Origin: a virus | Lineage: Duplodnaviria; Caudoviricetes | Virus record (IMG/VR): IMGVR_UViG_3300031555_001762 | Reading direction: 5' to 3' (one strand) | Length of the DNA stretch: 64,000 bases | Shown here: in pieces, positions 8,435 through 17,103 of the stretch | Position numbering within the stretch: the stretch's first letter is position 1 | Layout: each line of letters begins with the position of its first letter | Position numbers and translations under genes: made by a program | The notes under the pieces: model-generated | The model's input: the letters and a program-made list of their open reading frames with translations, nothing else | Database searches by the model: none | What the model was told of the DNA's origin: nothing

Positions 8435-8510
8435 GCGCTCGTAACTCAGTTGGTAGAGTAGGGGACTTTTAATCCCAAGGTCGAGAGTTCGAATCTCTCC
8501 GAGCGCACCA
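8435..8510 (+). tRNA. tRNA-Lys(TTT)
   Basis: GCGCTCG/CGAGCGC acceptor, CT-TTT-AA loop, GTTCGAATC, CCA. Confidence 0.93.
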
Positions 8511-8631
8511 GAAAATTTCATTTGAAAAACAATATAGAATGTCACTTAAAAATATAAAACAATATTCTAATACGAAAGAACATTTTATAAGAGTGACATT
8601 CCATATTGATTTTTGATAAATCAATTGTAAT

Positions 8632-8707
8632 GGTACGGTAGCACAACTGGTCAGGGCAAGTGGCTTATAACCGCTAGATGGGAGTTCGAGCCTCCACCGT
8701 ACCACCA
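8632..8707 (+). tRNA. tRNA-Ile(TAT)
   Basis: GGTACGG/CCGTACC acceptor; AGTGG-CT-TAT-AA-CCGCT; CCA. Confidence 0.88.
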
Positions 8708-8710
8708 AAT

Positions 8711-8785
8711 GCAAGGTTAGCTCAATGGTGGAGCAGGGGACTCATAATCCCTTGGTTACAGGTTCGAGTCCTGTACCTTGCACCA
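8711..8785 (+). tRNA. tRNA-Met or tRNA-Ile2 (CAT)
   Basis: GCAAGGT/ACCTTGC; GGGGA-CT-CAT-AA-TCCCT; CCA; identity ambiguous. Confidence 0.88.
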
Positions 8786-8788
8786 AAT

Positions 8789-8871
8789 GGGGGCGTGGCG
8801 GAATTGGCATACGCAGCGGACTTAAAATCCGCCTCTTCGGATTGTGGGTTCGAGTCCCACCGCCCCTACCA
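8789..8871 (+). tRNA. tRNA-Leu(TAA)
   Basis: GCGGA-CT-TAA-AA-TCCGC, variable arm, CCA. Confidence 0.92.
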
Positions 8872-8873
8872 AT

Positions 8874-8948
8874 GGCGCATTCGTCTAACGGTTAGGACAC
8901 CGCCCTTTCAAGGCGGAAACACGGGTTCGATTCCCGTATGTGCTGCCA
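8874..8948 (+). tRNA. tRNA-Glu(TTC)
   Basis: CCGCC-CT-TTC-AA-GGCGG; GGTTCGATTCC; CCA. Confidence 0.92.
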
Positions 8949-9010
8949 AATAAAATTGAAAATTAAATAAAGTTATATAAGATGTAAAGTTTACATTGAG
9001 AATTATATTT

Positions 9011-9170
9011 GTTTGAGATTTGTGTCATAACCCTCGGTTGCAGGCGTAAAACGAGCAGATAGCGGAATAGGATAGAATCTTCTCGCAAACCCAAACGTAG
9101 AGTCGGCAAAGCGAGGAATCTCGTTGCAGGAGTAAATCAGCGTTGCATAGGGGTCGAATTGGAACGCTTA
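9011..9170 (+). ncRNA. candidate structured RNA within the tRNA operon
   Basis: GC-richer non-coding island with hairpins and repeated TTGCAGG(C/A)GTAAA. Confidence 0.35.
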
Positions 9171-9209
9171 AATATAATTCTCTATATAGGCTTTATGTCT
9201 ATTAAAAAT

Positions 9210-9285
<76 letters not shown>

Positions 9286-9286
9286 T

Positions 9287-9370
9287 GCGGGTGTGATGGA
9301 ACGGCATACATGGCGGTCTCAAAAACCGCTGCCGAAAGGCGTGAGGGTTCGAATCCCTCCACCCGCACCA
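9287..9370 (+). tRNA. tRNA-Leu(CAA)
   Basis: GCGGT-CT-CAA-AA-ACCGC; variable arm GCC-GAAA-GGC; CCA. Confidence 0.92.
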
Positions 9371-9372
9371 AT

Positions 9373-9462
9373 GGAGTGGACAACCAGTGGGGAACTGGGA
9401 CTGACTGCTAATCAGATCGTACCTGTAATGGGTATAGGCTTCGAATGCCTGTCACTCCGCCA
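9373..9462 (+). tRNA. tRNA-Ser(GCT), non-canonical
   Basis: GGAGTGG/TCACTCC-G-CCA; CTGA-CT-GCT-AA-TCAG; long variable arm; lacks U8 and G53-C61. Confidence 0.78.
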
Positions 9463-9465
9463 GAA

Positions 9466-9553
9466 GGAAGTGTGTCCGAGTGGCTTAAGGAGGCAGTCTT
9501 GAAAACTGTTGAACCGAGAGGTTCCGTGGGTTCAAATCCTACCACTTCCGCCA
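9466..9553 (+). tRNA. tRNA-Ser(TGA)
   Basis: GCAGT-CT-TGA-AA-ACTGT; long variable arm; G73-CCA. Confidence 0.92.
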
Positions 9554-9554
9554 T

Positions 9555-9628
9555 GCGGGTGTAGTTTAATGGTAAAACAAAAGCCTTCCAAGCTTTTGAC
9601 GCGAGTTCGATTCTCGTCACCCGCTCCA
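9555..9628 (+). tRNA. tRNA-Gly(TCC)
   Basis: GCGGGTG/CACCCGC-T-CCA; AAAGC-CT-TCC-AA-GCTTT. Confidence 0.93.
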
Positions 9629-9631
9629 TAC

Positions 9632-9706
<75 letters not shown>

Positions 9707-9749
9707 TTTTAAAATTATCAGATGTGTATATATAAAAGAAAGGTCAATC

Positions 9750-10193
9750 GTGAAGTTTACCAACTTCGATAAGAGAATGTTCCAAGCGGCTTGCGCAGAA
9801 GCAGAGAAGAGCGACTACGAACGCTTTCATATCGGCTGCATTATTACTTATAAGAATAAAATTATCGGAGCTGGACATAACTCAAACAAGAGCCATCCTA
9901 TGCAGCGAAAGTACAATCGTCGTTATCGTAAGTTCAACTGTACAGAGGGGCAGTATATTCATGATTCTGTACATGCTGAGATTGCCGCAATCAACTCAAT
10001 CTCTTATGCTACTGGCATTCAAGTTGACTGGAGCAGGGTAAAGGTGTTTGTATACCGCATCTGTAATGGCAAGGAGTTCGGATATGGAAATGCAAAGCCT
10101 TGCCCTGCATGTACTCAGGCTATTCGAGACTTAGGTATCAAGTCTGTTTACTTCACTGATGACGATGGGTATGCTTATCTTGAGCTTAATTAA
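9750..10193 (+). CDS. cytidine/dCMP deaminase-family zinc enzyme
   Basis: HAE and PCPAC zinc-binding motifs. Confidence 0.85.
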   Translation: MKFTNFDKRMFQAACAEAEKSDYERFHIGCIITYKNKIIGAGHNSNKSHPMQRKYNRRYRKFNCTEGQYIHDSVHAEIAAINSISYATGIQVDWSRVKVFVYRICNGKEFGYGNAKPCPACTQAIRDLGIKSVYFTDDDGYAYLELN

Positions 10194-10201
10194 AACTCCA
10201 C

Positions 10202-10225
10202 CCATTAAAATCCCTATTTCAAAGG
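10202..10225 (+). repeat. 24-bp site copy
   Basis: CCATTAAAA-tcccta-TTTCAAAGG, 8 nt after deaminase stop. Confidence 0.85.
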
Positions 10226-10232
10226 GTAATTG

Positions 10233-10280
10233 ACACTATATATTGTGTATAAATCTATTAACAACCACAATATATAGTGT
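10233..10280. promoter_or_regulatory. tandem NrdR boxes
   Basis: ACACTATATATTGTGT (10233-10248) and CCACAATATATAGTGT (10265-10280), 32 bp apart; match acaCwAtATaTwGtgt. Confidence 0.7.
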
Positions 10281-10470
10281 ATCAAACAAATGATTATCTC
10301 AACAGGTAAGCAGTTCTGAGCCTGTTGCGGTGATAACGCGCTCCTTGTCTAGCAAGGGGAGGGTTAGACGTTAAAATAAAAGCCTCCCCATTATAAAATT
10401 CGCGTTTTTAAATATAATGTTTTATCTACGAATGAGGTATGAATACATAATGAATAAAGAGGTCGATGAT

Positions 10471-10989
10471 ATGCTGACTAATGAGCAATGTGAATTGGTA
10501 ACTAAGAATCACAATCTTATATATTCATATGCTTACAAGAAGAACGTTTCAATTCAAGATAATTACGATGTTCTTGCCATTGGCCTTTGCAAAGCAGCAA
10601 AGACATTCAATAAAAGTAAGGGTGAGTTTTCCACTCTTGCGTATTGCTGTATGGAAAATGAATTGCTAGAACAATACCGACTTACGCAAAAGCAATCTTA
10701 TGTTCCAGATAACCTTGTATTGTCATATAACAAGGATGACGCATACGATAAAGATAATTTATCAGAGTATTTAATCGATCGTCAAGCAAGCGAGTCAATA
10801 TCATATGTTATAATGTCATCTGAATTTGAAGGCTCATTAAATGAAAAGGAAATCGTAATCTACAAATTTCTTTTAAGTGGATTGACGTATGATGAAATCG
10901 CAGACAATCTAGGCTGCAAAAAGCAAAGCGTACATTACCACATTAAGAAAATTCGCAATAAATTTAGTGATTATTTTTATTGCAAATAA
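10471..10989 (+). CDS. sigma-70 family RNA polymerase sigma factor
   Basis: Region 2 (IGLCKAAKTFNKSKGEFSTLAY) and region 4 HTH (GLTYDEIADNLG). Confidence 0.85.
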   Translation: MLTNEQCELVTKNHNLIYSYAYKKNVSIQDNYDVLAIGLCKAAKTFNKSKGEFSTLAYCCMENELLEQYRLTQKQSYVPDNLVLSYNKDDAYDKDNLSEYLIDRQASESISYVIMSSEFEGSLNEKEIVIYKFLLSGLTYDEIADNLGCKKQSVHYHIKKIRNKFSDYFYCK

Positions 10990-11014
10990 CGTTATATGCT
11001 TAAAGAGGTGTTAA

Positions 11015-12154
11015 ATGACAGAAATTTATTTGGATCAGGCTGCAACATCTAAGCCTAGACAAGAAGTTATTGATGCCATAATGCCCTATTTAACTAGTTA
11101 TTGGCATAATCCTTCGGGTCTTTACAATGCTGGTGCAAAAGTTCGTTACGACATTGAATCGGTACGCAATGAAATTGCTTCGCTTATCAATGCAAGACCA
11201 GATGAGATTTACTTTACATCTGGTGCAACCGAGGCCAATAACTGGGCGATTCGAGGGTTTGATGATGCTTGTGGAGGATATAAGGTAGATATTATTACAA
11301 CTCCAATTGAGCATTCTTCTATTATGAAAGCAATTGGAAATAGCAATATCCGTTCTAATATTAAGTTCTTTGACGTTGATAGCTATGGAATCGTAGACTT
11401 AAATTCATTTGATAAGAACAATGATAGCTGGGTGTTCTTGGCTAGTGTAATTGCCGCTAATAATGAAATTGGAAGCGTAAATGATTTGAAGAGCATTTCG
11501 AAAATAGTACATTCAAACAATGGCATATTTCATACTGATGCAACTCAGATGCTTCCATATATTAAAATCGACGTAGACGAAATGGGTATCGATATGCTTA
11601 GTGCGTCAGCGCAAAAGCTCGGAGGTCTAAAAGGAGCTGGCTTTCTATATATCAGAAACAGCGTTAAAAACAAGATAAATCCTTTGATTTACGGAGAACA
11701 AGAACGTGGTATGAGGGGCGGCACTGAAAATGTAATCGGCATTATCGCTATGGGAGAGGCAATCAAGCATATTAATTACGACTGTTCGAACCTCATTAAT
11801 ATGAGAGATGTTTTCATTACGGAACTTGAAAATATTGGATGTAAGTTATTGGGAAGTAGAGAGCGTAGGTTGCCAAACAACATCAGCATTATGCTTCCAG
11901 AAGGCTGTGGCGGGGAAGAGATGTTGTATTTATGTGATATAAGTATGATTGAAATCTCTACTGGCAGTGCATGTAATTCTCATTCAAAAGATAGTAGTCA
12001 TGTTCTTAAGGCGATTGGTCTTAGCGACGAAGAAGCTGCTAGGGTTATTAGGATTTCATTGCCGTATGATTTAAAGCCAGCAGAAGCACAAATTGCACTA
12101 GATGAAATTAAAAAGGGAATTAAATTGCTAGGGGGAAATATGGATTATGTATGA
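11015..12154 (+). CDS. iscS: cysteine desulfurase (IscS/NifS family)
   Basis: IYLDQAATS, HNPS, FTSGATEAN, SAQKLGG (PLP Lys), STGSAC. Confidence 0.92.
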   Translation: MTEIYLDQAATSKPRQEVIDAIMPYLTSYWHNPSGLYNAGAKVRYDIESVRNEIASLINARPDEIYFTSGATEANNWAIRGFDDACGGYKVDIITTPIEHSSIMKAIGNSNIRSNIKFFDVDSYGIVDLNSFDKNNDSWVFLASVIAANNEIGSVNDLKSISKIVHSNNGIFHTDATQMLPYIKIDVDEMGIDMLSASAQKLGGLKGAGFLYIRNSVKNKINPLIYGEQERGMRGGTENVIGIIAMGEAIKHINYDCSNLINMRDVFITELENIGCKLLGSRERRLPNNISIMLPEGCGGEEMLYLCDISMIEISTGSACNSHSKDSSHVLKAIGLSDEEAARVIRISLPYDLKPAEAQIALDEIKKGIKLLGGNMDYV

Positions 12155-12296
12155 AGTTTTTAATGCTCCAATAGCATGTATTATTATTACCGCTATAATG
12201 ATTGTGATAGTTGAATTTAAGATTAAATCTCGCAAGAGAGAAATCGAAGAATGGGAGGCTAGGTATGACTACCATGCACCAGAAAATCAGAAATGA
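12147..12296 (+). CDS. 49-aa single-TM protein (not in ORF track)
   Basis: MYEVFNAPIACIIITAIMIVIVEFKIK...; fills gap between iscS and yqeY-like gene. Confidence 0.4.
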   Translation: MYEVFNAPIACIIITAIMIVIVEFKIKSRKREIEEWEARYDYHAPENQK

Positions 12297-12708
12297 TATC
12301 AAGGAAGCAATGAAGGCCAAGGATTCTGTAAGGCGTGACTGCCTTAAAAACGTTCTCGGCAAAGCTCAGGAATCTGCCAAGTCAAGTGGGGCAGGTACAG
12401 ATGTTATTTCGGACGATGTAATCTTCAACGCTGTACAAAAGGAAGTAAAGCAGCTCAATCAGACATTAAATTCTCTAAGCGGTTGTGAGGATACTGATTT
12501 GTACGTTGTATCAGAACAGCAGCTAAGCATCCTAGAAGGATATCTGCCAAAGCAGATGAATCAGAGAGAAATTGAAGAGGCTGTTGCTTGGATTCTTGGT
12601 GACAAAGAATACAAGAACTTTGGCGAGAAGATGAAGTATGTAATGAAAGAGCTTAACGGCAAGGCAGATAGCAAGCTTATTCGTAAGGTTGTTGAAAATT
12701 ACAAGTAA
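12265..12708 (+). CDS. GatB/YqeY domain protein
   Basis: IRNDIKEAMKAKD...ILEGYLPKQM...VMKELNGKAD. Confidence 0.85.
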   Translation: MTTMHQKIRNDIKEAMKAKDSVRRDCLKNVLGKAQESAKSSGAGTDVISDDVIFNAVQKEVKQLNQTLNSLSGCEDTDLYVVSEQQLSILEGYLPKQMNQREIEEAVAWILGDKEYKNFGEKMKYVMKELNGKADSKLIRKVVENYK

Positions 12709-12723
12709 TTGAGAGGTAATCTT

Positions 12724-13023
12724 ATGGAGCGTTTGAAGAAGATTGAAAGTGTTGTAGAAAAAATTCTTGAACTAAGAGAAGATGCAAGGGAAAGCGATGA
12801 CCTTCTGTATGTATATGTTTGCGAATATTTTCACAGAGGATCATCTTCAATGTCTATTAAAGACTTTTTCTTTACAAGAAATCAAACTGCATGTCCTAAC
12901 TTTGCATCGGTAACTAGGGCAAGAAGAAAGGTTTTTGAAAAAAGACCAGAGCTAAAACCGCCAAAAGTTACCAAAGGCAGGGAGATGATGGAAGAAGTGT
13001 ATAAGGATTATGCGCTCAGTTAA
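12724..13023 (+). CDS. hypothetical protein
   Basis: GAGG RBS; ARESDDLLY...TRARRKV. Confidence 0.7.
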   Translation: MERLKKIESVVEKILELREDARESDDLLYVYVCEYFHRGSSSMSIKDFFFTRNQTACPNFASVTRARRKVFEKRPELKPPKVTKGREMMEEVYKDYALS

Positions 13024-13058
13024 TTGCAAGCAAGGTTATATGTTAGAAAGGTTATAAT

Positions 13059-14363
13059 ATGTATTGCGCGTATGTAACTACAATTAAAGAACTCAGAAAG
13101 CATAGCAACGCAGACCGTCTTATGTGTGCATCTGTTTTCGGCAATAACGTAATCGTAGGACTTGATTGCTATGTTGGTCAAAAGATGGTATTCTTCCCAG
13201 TTGACGGTCAGCTAAGTGAAGAGTTCGCAAACGACAATAATCTCGTTCGTAAGAAGGATGAATTTGGTAATGACATTGGCGGATATCTTGACCCAGCAAA
13301 GCGAAACATCAAGGCAATTGGCCTTCGTGGTGAAAAGTCTGAGGGTCTGTTAATGCCAATTGAAGTGCTTAGTAAGTATACAGATGTTGATAAGCTCGCA
13401 GATGGAGAACAGATTACCGTTCTTAATGGACATGAGATTTGCAAAAAGTATATTCCTCGTAGCAATAGAAGTCATCGAGGTAATGGCTCTCCAAAGGCTA
13501 AGAATAGCAAGGAAGAGAAGGAGCAGATTTCATATCCGTTCTTTGCAGAGCATGTAGACACTGAACAGTTGGCTTATAATGAACGTGTGTTCAAAGAAGG
13601 CGATATTATCTATGTAACTCGCAAGCTTCACGGCACTAGCTTTAGAGTGTCGAATGCAGTACAGGTCACTAAGAAGAAGCGCCCAGCTTGGCTGAAGAAG
13701 ATTTTTCATATGCAAGATAAGGAAACTAAAAACTACAGCCTTGTAAGCGGTACTCGTCGCGTTGTTCTTCGCAATTTTGAAGGTGGATTCTACGGCAACA
13801 ACGCTTTCCGCCAGAAGTATCATGATATGTTTGTAGATAAGCTGCCAAAGGGATTCACGGTTTATGGTGAGATTGTCGGATGGGTAAATGATACTACGCC
13901 TATTATGGGACGTTGTAAGAACTCCAAGGTTCAGGACAAGGCGTTTAAGAAGATGTACGGAGACGAAACCGTATTCACCTATGGTTGCGAAGCTGGCGAG
14001 AATGATTGCTATATCTATCGCATCACTCATACCAATGAAGACGGCATTGTAACCGAGATTCCAACTGAAGAGACTGCTATTTGGTGTGAGCGTCTTGGCG
14101 TTAAGTTCGTTCCAGTTCTAGATAAGTTCCTTTACACCACTTGGGAAGATTTGATGGAACGTATCGAGCCTTACATGGATGTGCCAGAGCCTTTGGCTAA
14201 TGGTTCTCATGTAACAGAGGGCGTTGTGGTTCGCATTGATAACCGCAGTAAGTTTACTGCTTATAAACACAAAGGATTTTTCTTTAAGGTTCTCGAAGGC
14301 ATTATCAAGGATAATGCAGACGCACCAGATATGGAAGAGGCGCAGGAGTTGGTAAATGAGTAA
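13059..14363 (+). CDS. ATP-dependent RNA ligase (DRB0094/Rnl2-like)
   Basis: N-terminal HSNADRL...LRGEKSEG module; KLHGTS adenylation motif; YGEIVG; EGVV. Confidence 0.85.
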   Translation: MYCAYVTTIKELRKHSNADRLMCASVFGNNVIVGLDCYVGQKMVFFPVDGQLSEEFANDNNLVRKKDEFGNDIGGYLDPAKRNIKAIGLRGEKSEGLLMPIEVLSKYTDVDKLADGEQITVLNGHEICKKYIPRSNRSHRGNGSPKAKNSKEEKEQISYPFFAEHVDTEQLAYNERVFKEGDIIYVTRKLHGTSFRVSNAVQVTKKKRPAWLKKIFHMQDKETKNYSLVSGTRRVVLRNFEGGFYGNNAFRQKYHDMFVDKLPKGFTVYGEIVGWVNDTTPIMGRCKNSKVQDKAFKKMYGDETVFTYGCEAGENDCYIYRITHTNEDGIVTEIPTEETAIWCERLGVKFVPVLDKFLYTTWEDLMERIEPYMDVPEPLANGSHVTEGVVVRIDNRSKFTAYKHKGFFFKVLEGIIKDNADAPDMEEAQELVNE

Positions 14364-15264
14364 ACCAGTAATGGTGATGATGGTGGGACTTGCGGGTTCT
14401 GGTAAGTCCCACCATGCAGAAAAGATCGCAGAAGAAATCAATGCAACTGTGTTCAGCTCTGACAAGCTTCGCGAAGAAATGTTCGGTGATGTAAATGAGC
14501 AAAGTAAGAACAGTGATCTTTTCCAAGAACTTCACAAGCGAATTAAAGAGCGCTTGAAGTCTGGCAATAACGCAATCTACGATGCTACCAATATTTCATC
14601 AAAGCGCAGACGATCATTCATTCAGGAGCTTAACAAGATTGAATGTGAGAAGCATTGTATTGTTATGGCTACTCCGTATGAGCAATGTCTTAAGAACAAC
14701 GCTTTTAGGAATAGAAATGTCCCAGAAGATGTAATTGATCGAATGTATCGCAGTTGGAATACACCATATTGGTTCGAAGGCTGGGATGGTATTGAGGTTG
14801 TATATTGGGATGGCTCTGAAAACAATAGCGTATGGGGATGGCTAAATAATCATATTGATTATGGTCAAGACAATCCACATCATGCTCTTACACTAGGAGA
14901 GCATTGTCTGAAAACAAGCGGTATTCTTGTAGACGAAGACCCTGTGAGTGGTATTATGAGAGCTGGTTTGCTTCATGACTGTGGAAAACCACATGTGAAA
15001 AGTTTTACCAACTCAAAAGGGGAACCTACCGATGTGGCACATTATTATTCTCATGAAAACGTAGGAGCATATGATGTGTTGTTCTATGATTGCAAAACAG
15101 CTCATCCACTTGATGTTTCCATTCTGGTCAATCTTCATATGACTCCTTATTATTGGGAGCGAGATGATAATAAAAAGCTCCATGATAAATACAAAAAATT
15201 ATGGGGAGAAAAGTTGTATAATAGCGTAATGAAACTACACGAAGCAGATAAGTCAGCCCATTAA
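14356..15264 (+). CDS. polynucleotide kinase (AAA_33) fused to HD phosphohydrolase
   Basis: GLAGSGKS, SSDKLR, DATN; H...LLHDCGK HD domain. Confidence 0.85.
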   Translation: MSKPVMVMMVGLAGSGKSHHAEKIAEEINATVFSSDKLREEMFGDVNEQSKNSDLFQELHKRIKERLKSGNNAIYDATNISSKRRRSFIQELNKIECEKHCIVMATPYEQCLKNNAFRNRNVPEDVIDRMYRSWNTPYWFEGWDGIEVVYWDGSENNSVWGWLNNHIDYGQDNPHHALTLGEHCLKTSGILVDEDPVSGIMRAGLLHDCGKPHVKSFTNSKGEPTDVAHYYSHENVGAYDVLFYDCKTAHPLDVSILVNLHMTPYYWERDDNKKLHDKYKKLWGEKLYNSVMKLHEADKSAH

Positions 15265-15281
15265 AATGGTGTTTTCAAAGG
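15258..15281 (+). repeat. 24-bp site copy
   Basis: CCATTAAAA-tggtgt-TTTCAAAGG; contains upstream stop; runs into GGAGG RBS. Confidence 0.85.
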
Positions 15282-15291
15282 AGGTAGCATT

Positions 15292-15705
15292 ATGTTTAGA
15301 GTGAGAAACATCAAGGAAGACAAGTGGGAAATTGGCGAGTTCTATGTTTCTCATGATGGAGTTCTTGCGAAAGTCAATAGGGAGAAATCTATATTTGGCA
15401 ATGAAAAGATTTCCATTAAGTTGCTTCCAGATACTAAGTATGTATGGCAGCAAGATTCTGGATACGATGACAAGTATGGTAATCATATTTATGAGGGAGA
15501 TATCTGCAAGATTACAATTGATGATGAACATATTATTTGCGTTGTTGCATATATCCCATCGCGTGCTTCTTATATGCTCTTAGACAATAAGCATTCTGCA
15601 TATTACACATTCCATAACGAAGTGCGAGAGCAAATCGAAGTCGTAGGAAATGTGTTTGACAATAAAAACTTGGTTGAATTAGAAGAAGAGAAAGGGGTGG
15701 GTTAA
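15292..15705 (+). CDS. YopX-family protein
   Basis: QDSGYDDKYGNHIYEGDI...IEVVGNVFDN. Confidence 0.8.
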   Translation: MFRVRNIKEDKWEIGEFYVSHDGVLAKVNREKSIFGNEKISIKLLPDTKYVWQQDSGYDDKYGNHIYEGDICKITIDDEHIICVVAYIPSRASYMLLDNKHSAYYTFHNEVREQIEVVGNVFDNKNLVELEEEKGVG

Positions 15706-16565
15706 TGAAGTTATTGAATGGTAAAGCTCTTTCTGATAAATACAAGGATGATTTGAGTATGACTATCGCCAATCTACGTGATATTAACGCCGTAGGCAAT
15801 ATCACATTGGCTGTCATTCAGGTTGGAAATGATCAAGCATCATCCGTATATATAAACAATAAGAAAAAGGCTTGTGAGTACGTTGGCATTGACAGCATTG
15901 TTTATAGCGCAGATGACGATGTTACAGAAGAAGAAGTAATCGATCTAATTGAAAAGTTAAACAAAAGCGATGAAATTACTGGTATTCTGCTTCAGCTTCC
16001 ATTGCCAAAGCATCTTAATGCAGAAAACATTCTGCGCCATATCAATCCTTTAAAAGATGTGGATGGATTCCATGCGTACAACATGGGAAACCTTGTTACT
16101 GGAAATGACTCTCTGGTTCCGTGTACTCCTCTTGGAGTAATGGAAATCCTCAAAGAGTATGATATTGATGTAGCTGGCAAGGAATGTGTCGTAGTTGGCA
16201 GAAGCAATATCGTAGGCAAGCCAATGGCAATGTTGTTGTTGCAAGCTAATGGAACTGTTACCATTTGTCATTCGAAGACTGAGAATCTTAAAGAAGTTTG
16301 CAAGAGAGCAGATATTCTTGTGTGCGCAATTGGTAAGCCTAAGTTCTTCAACAGAGATTATGTAAAGGATGGCGCTGTAGTTATCGACGTAGGTATTCAT
16401 CGTATGGACAATGGTAAGCTGTGCGGAGATGTTGATTTCGATGACGTTAAGGATGTTGTATCGGCAATTACTCCAGTGCCAAACGGAGTTGGTTCTATGA
16501 CCGTTACTATGCTAATTGATAACTGCATTAAGGCTGCACTAATGCAAAGTGGATGGTGGGCTTAA
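15705..16565 (+). CDS. folD: methylenetetrahydrofolate dehydrogenase/cyclohydrolase
   Basis: GILLQLPLP, KDVDGFH, PCTP, GRSNIVGKP, ITPVPNGVG. Confidence 0.95.
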   Translation: MKLLNGKALSDKYKDDLSMTIANLRDINAVGNITLAVIQVGNDQASSVYINNKKKACEYVGIDSIVYSADDDVTEEEVIDLIEKLNKSDEITGILLQLPLPKHLNAENILRHINPLKDVDGFHAYNMGNLVTGNDSLVPCTPLGVMEILKEYDIDVAGKECVVVGRSNIVGKPMAMLLLQANGTVTICHSKTENLKEVCKRADILVCAIGKPKFFNRDYVKDGAVVIDVGIHRMDNGKLCGDVDFDDVKDVVSAITPVPNGVGSMTVTMLIDNCIKAALMQSGWWA

Positions 16566-16993
16566 TGAAAGAGTGTTGCATATATCTTGCTGGGGCAATG
16601 TCTGGTATGTCATTTGAAGAGCAGACAAAGTGGCGGCAGAAAGTTAAAGACGCAATTTTGTATGGAGGGTATGGATATAACTTTAAGCCGATTTTTGTTG
16701 ACCCTACTCAATACTATAATTTTGAAGAGGTGTCTCATAAATCAGAAAAGGAAGTTATGAACTTTGACTTGTATAAGGTGCGCACTTCTGATTTAATCGT
16801 CGTTAATTTTAATGACCCAAGTTCACTTGGCGCGGCAATTGAAATAGCGGTAGCACACGAATATCGAATACCAGTTATCGGATTAAATCAAAACAATGTT
16901 AGTCTTCATCCGTGGCTAGAGTGTATGTGTGATAGAATTTGCAGTGATATGCGAGAACTTGTATCACACATAGTAGAATTTTATTTGAAGTAA
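16565..16993 (+). CDS. nucleoside 2-deoxyribosyltransferase-like protein
   Basis: IYLAGAM...DL..V..SD...SLGAAIE. Confidence 0.75.
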   Translation: MKECCIYLAGAMSGMSFEEQTKWRQKVKDAILYGGYGYNFKPIFVDPTQYYNFEEVSHKSEKEVMNFDLYKVRTSDLIVVNFNDPSSLGAAIEIAVAHEYRIPVIGLNQNNVSLHPWLECMCDRICSDMRELVSHIVEFYLK

Positions 16994-17103
16994 TTTGAAA
17001 AATTTTAAGTTTAGGTATTTACTTGGGCTTAAAGTGAGTGTAAAATAATTTTTGTATTGTTAATAAGGTTATATGCCAAATGTGTCGAAGGAGGACAAAG
17101 ACT

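Noticed and set aside
10294-10336. SAM-I riboswitch (TTATC...GATAA)
   Set aside because: Lacks the P2 kink-turn, GCAACC and GTGC core, and is too short.
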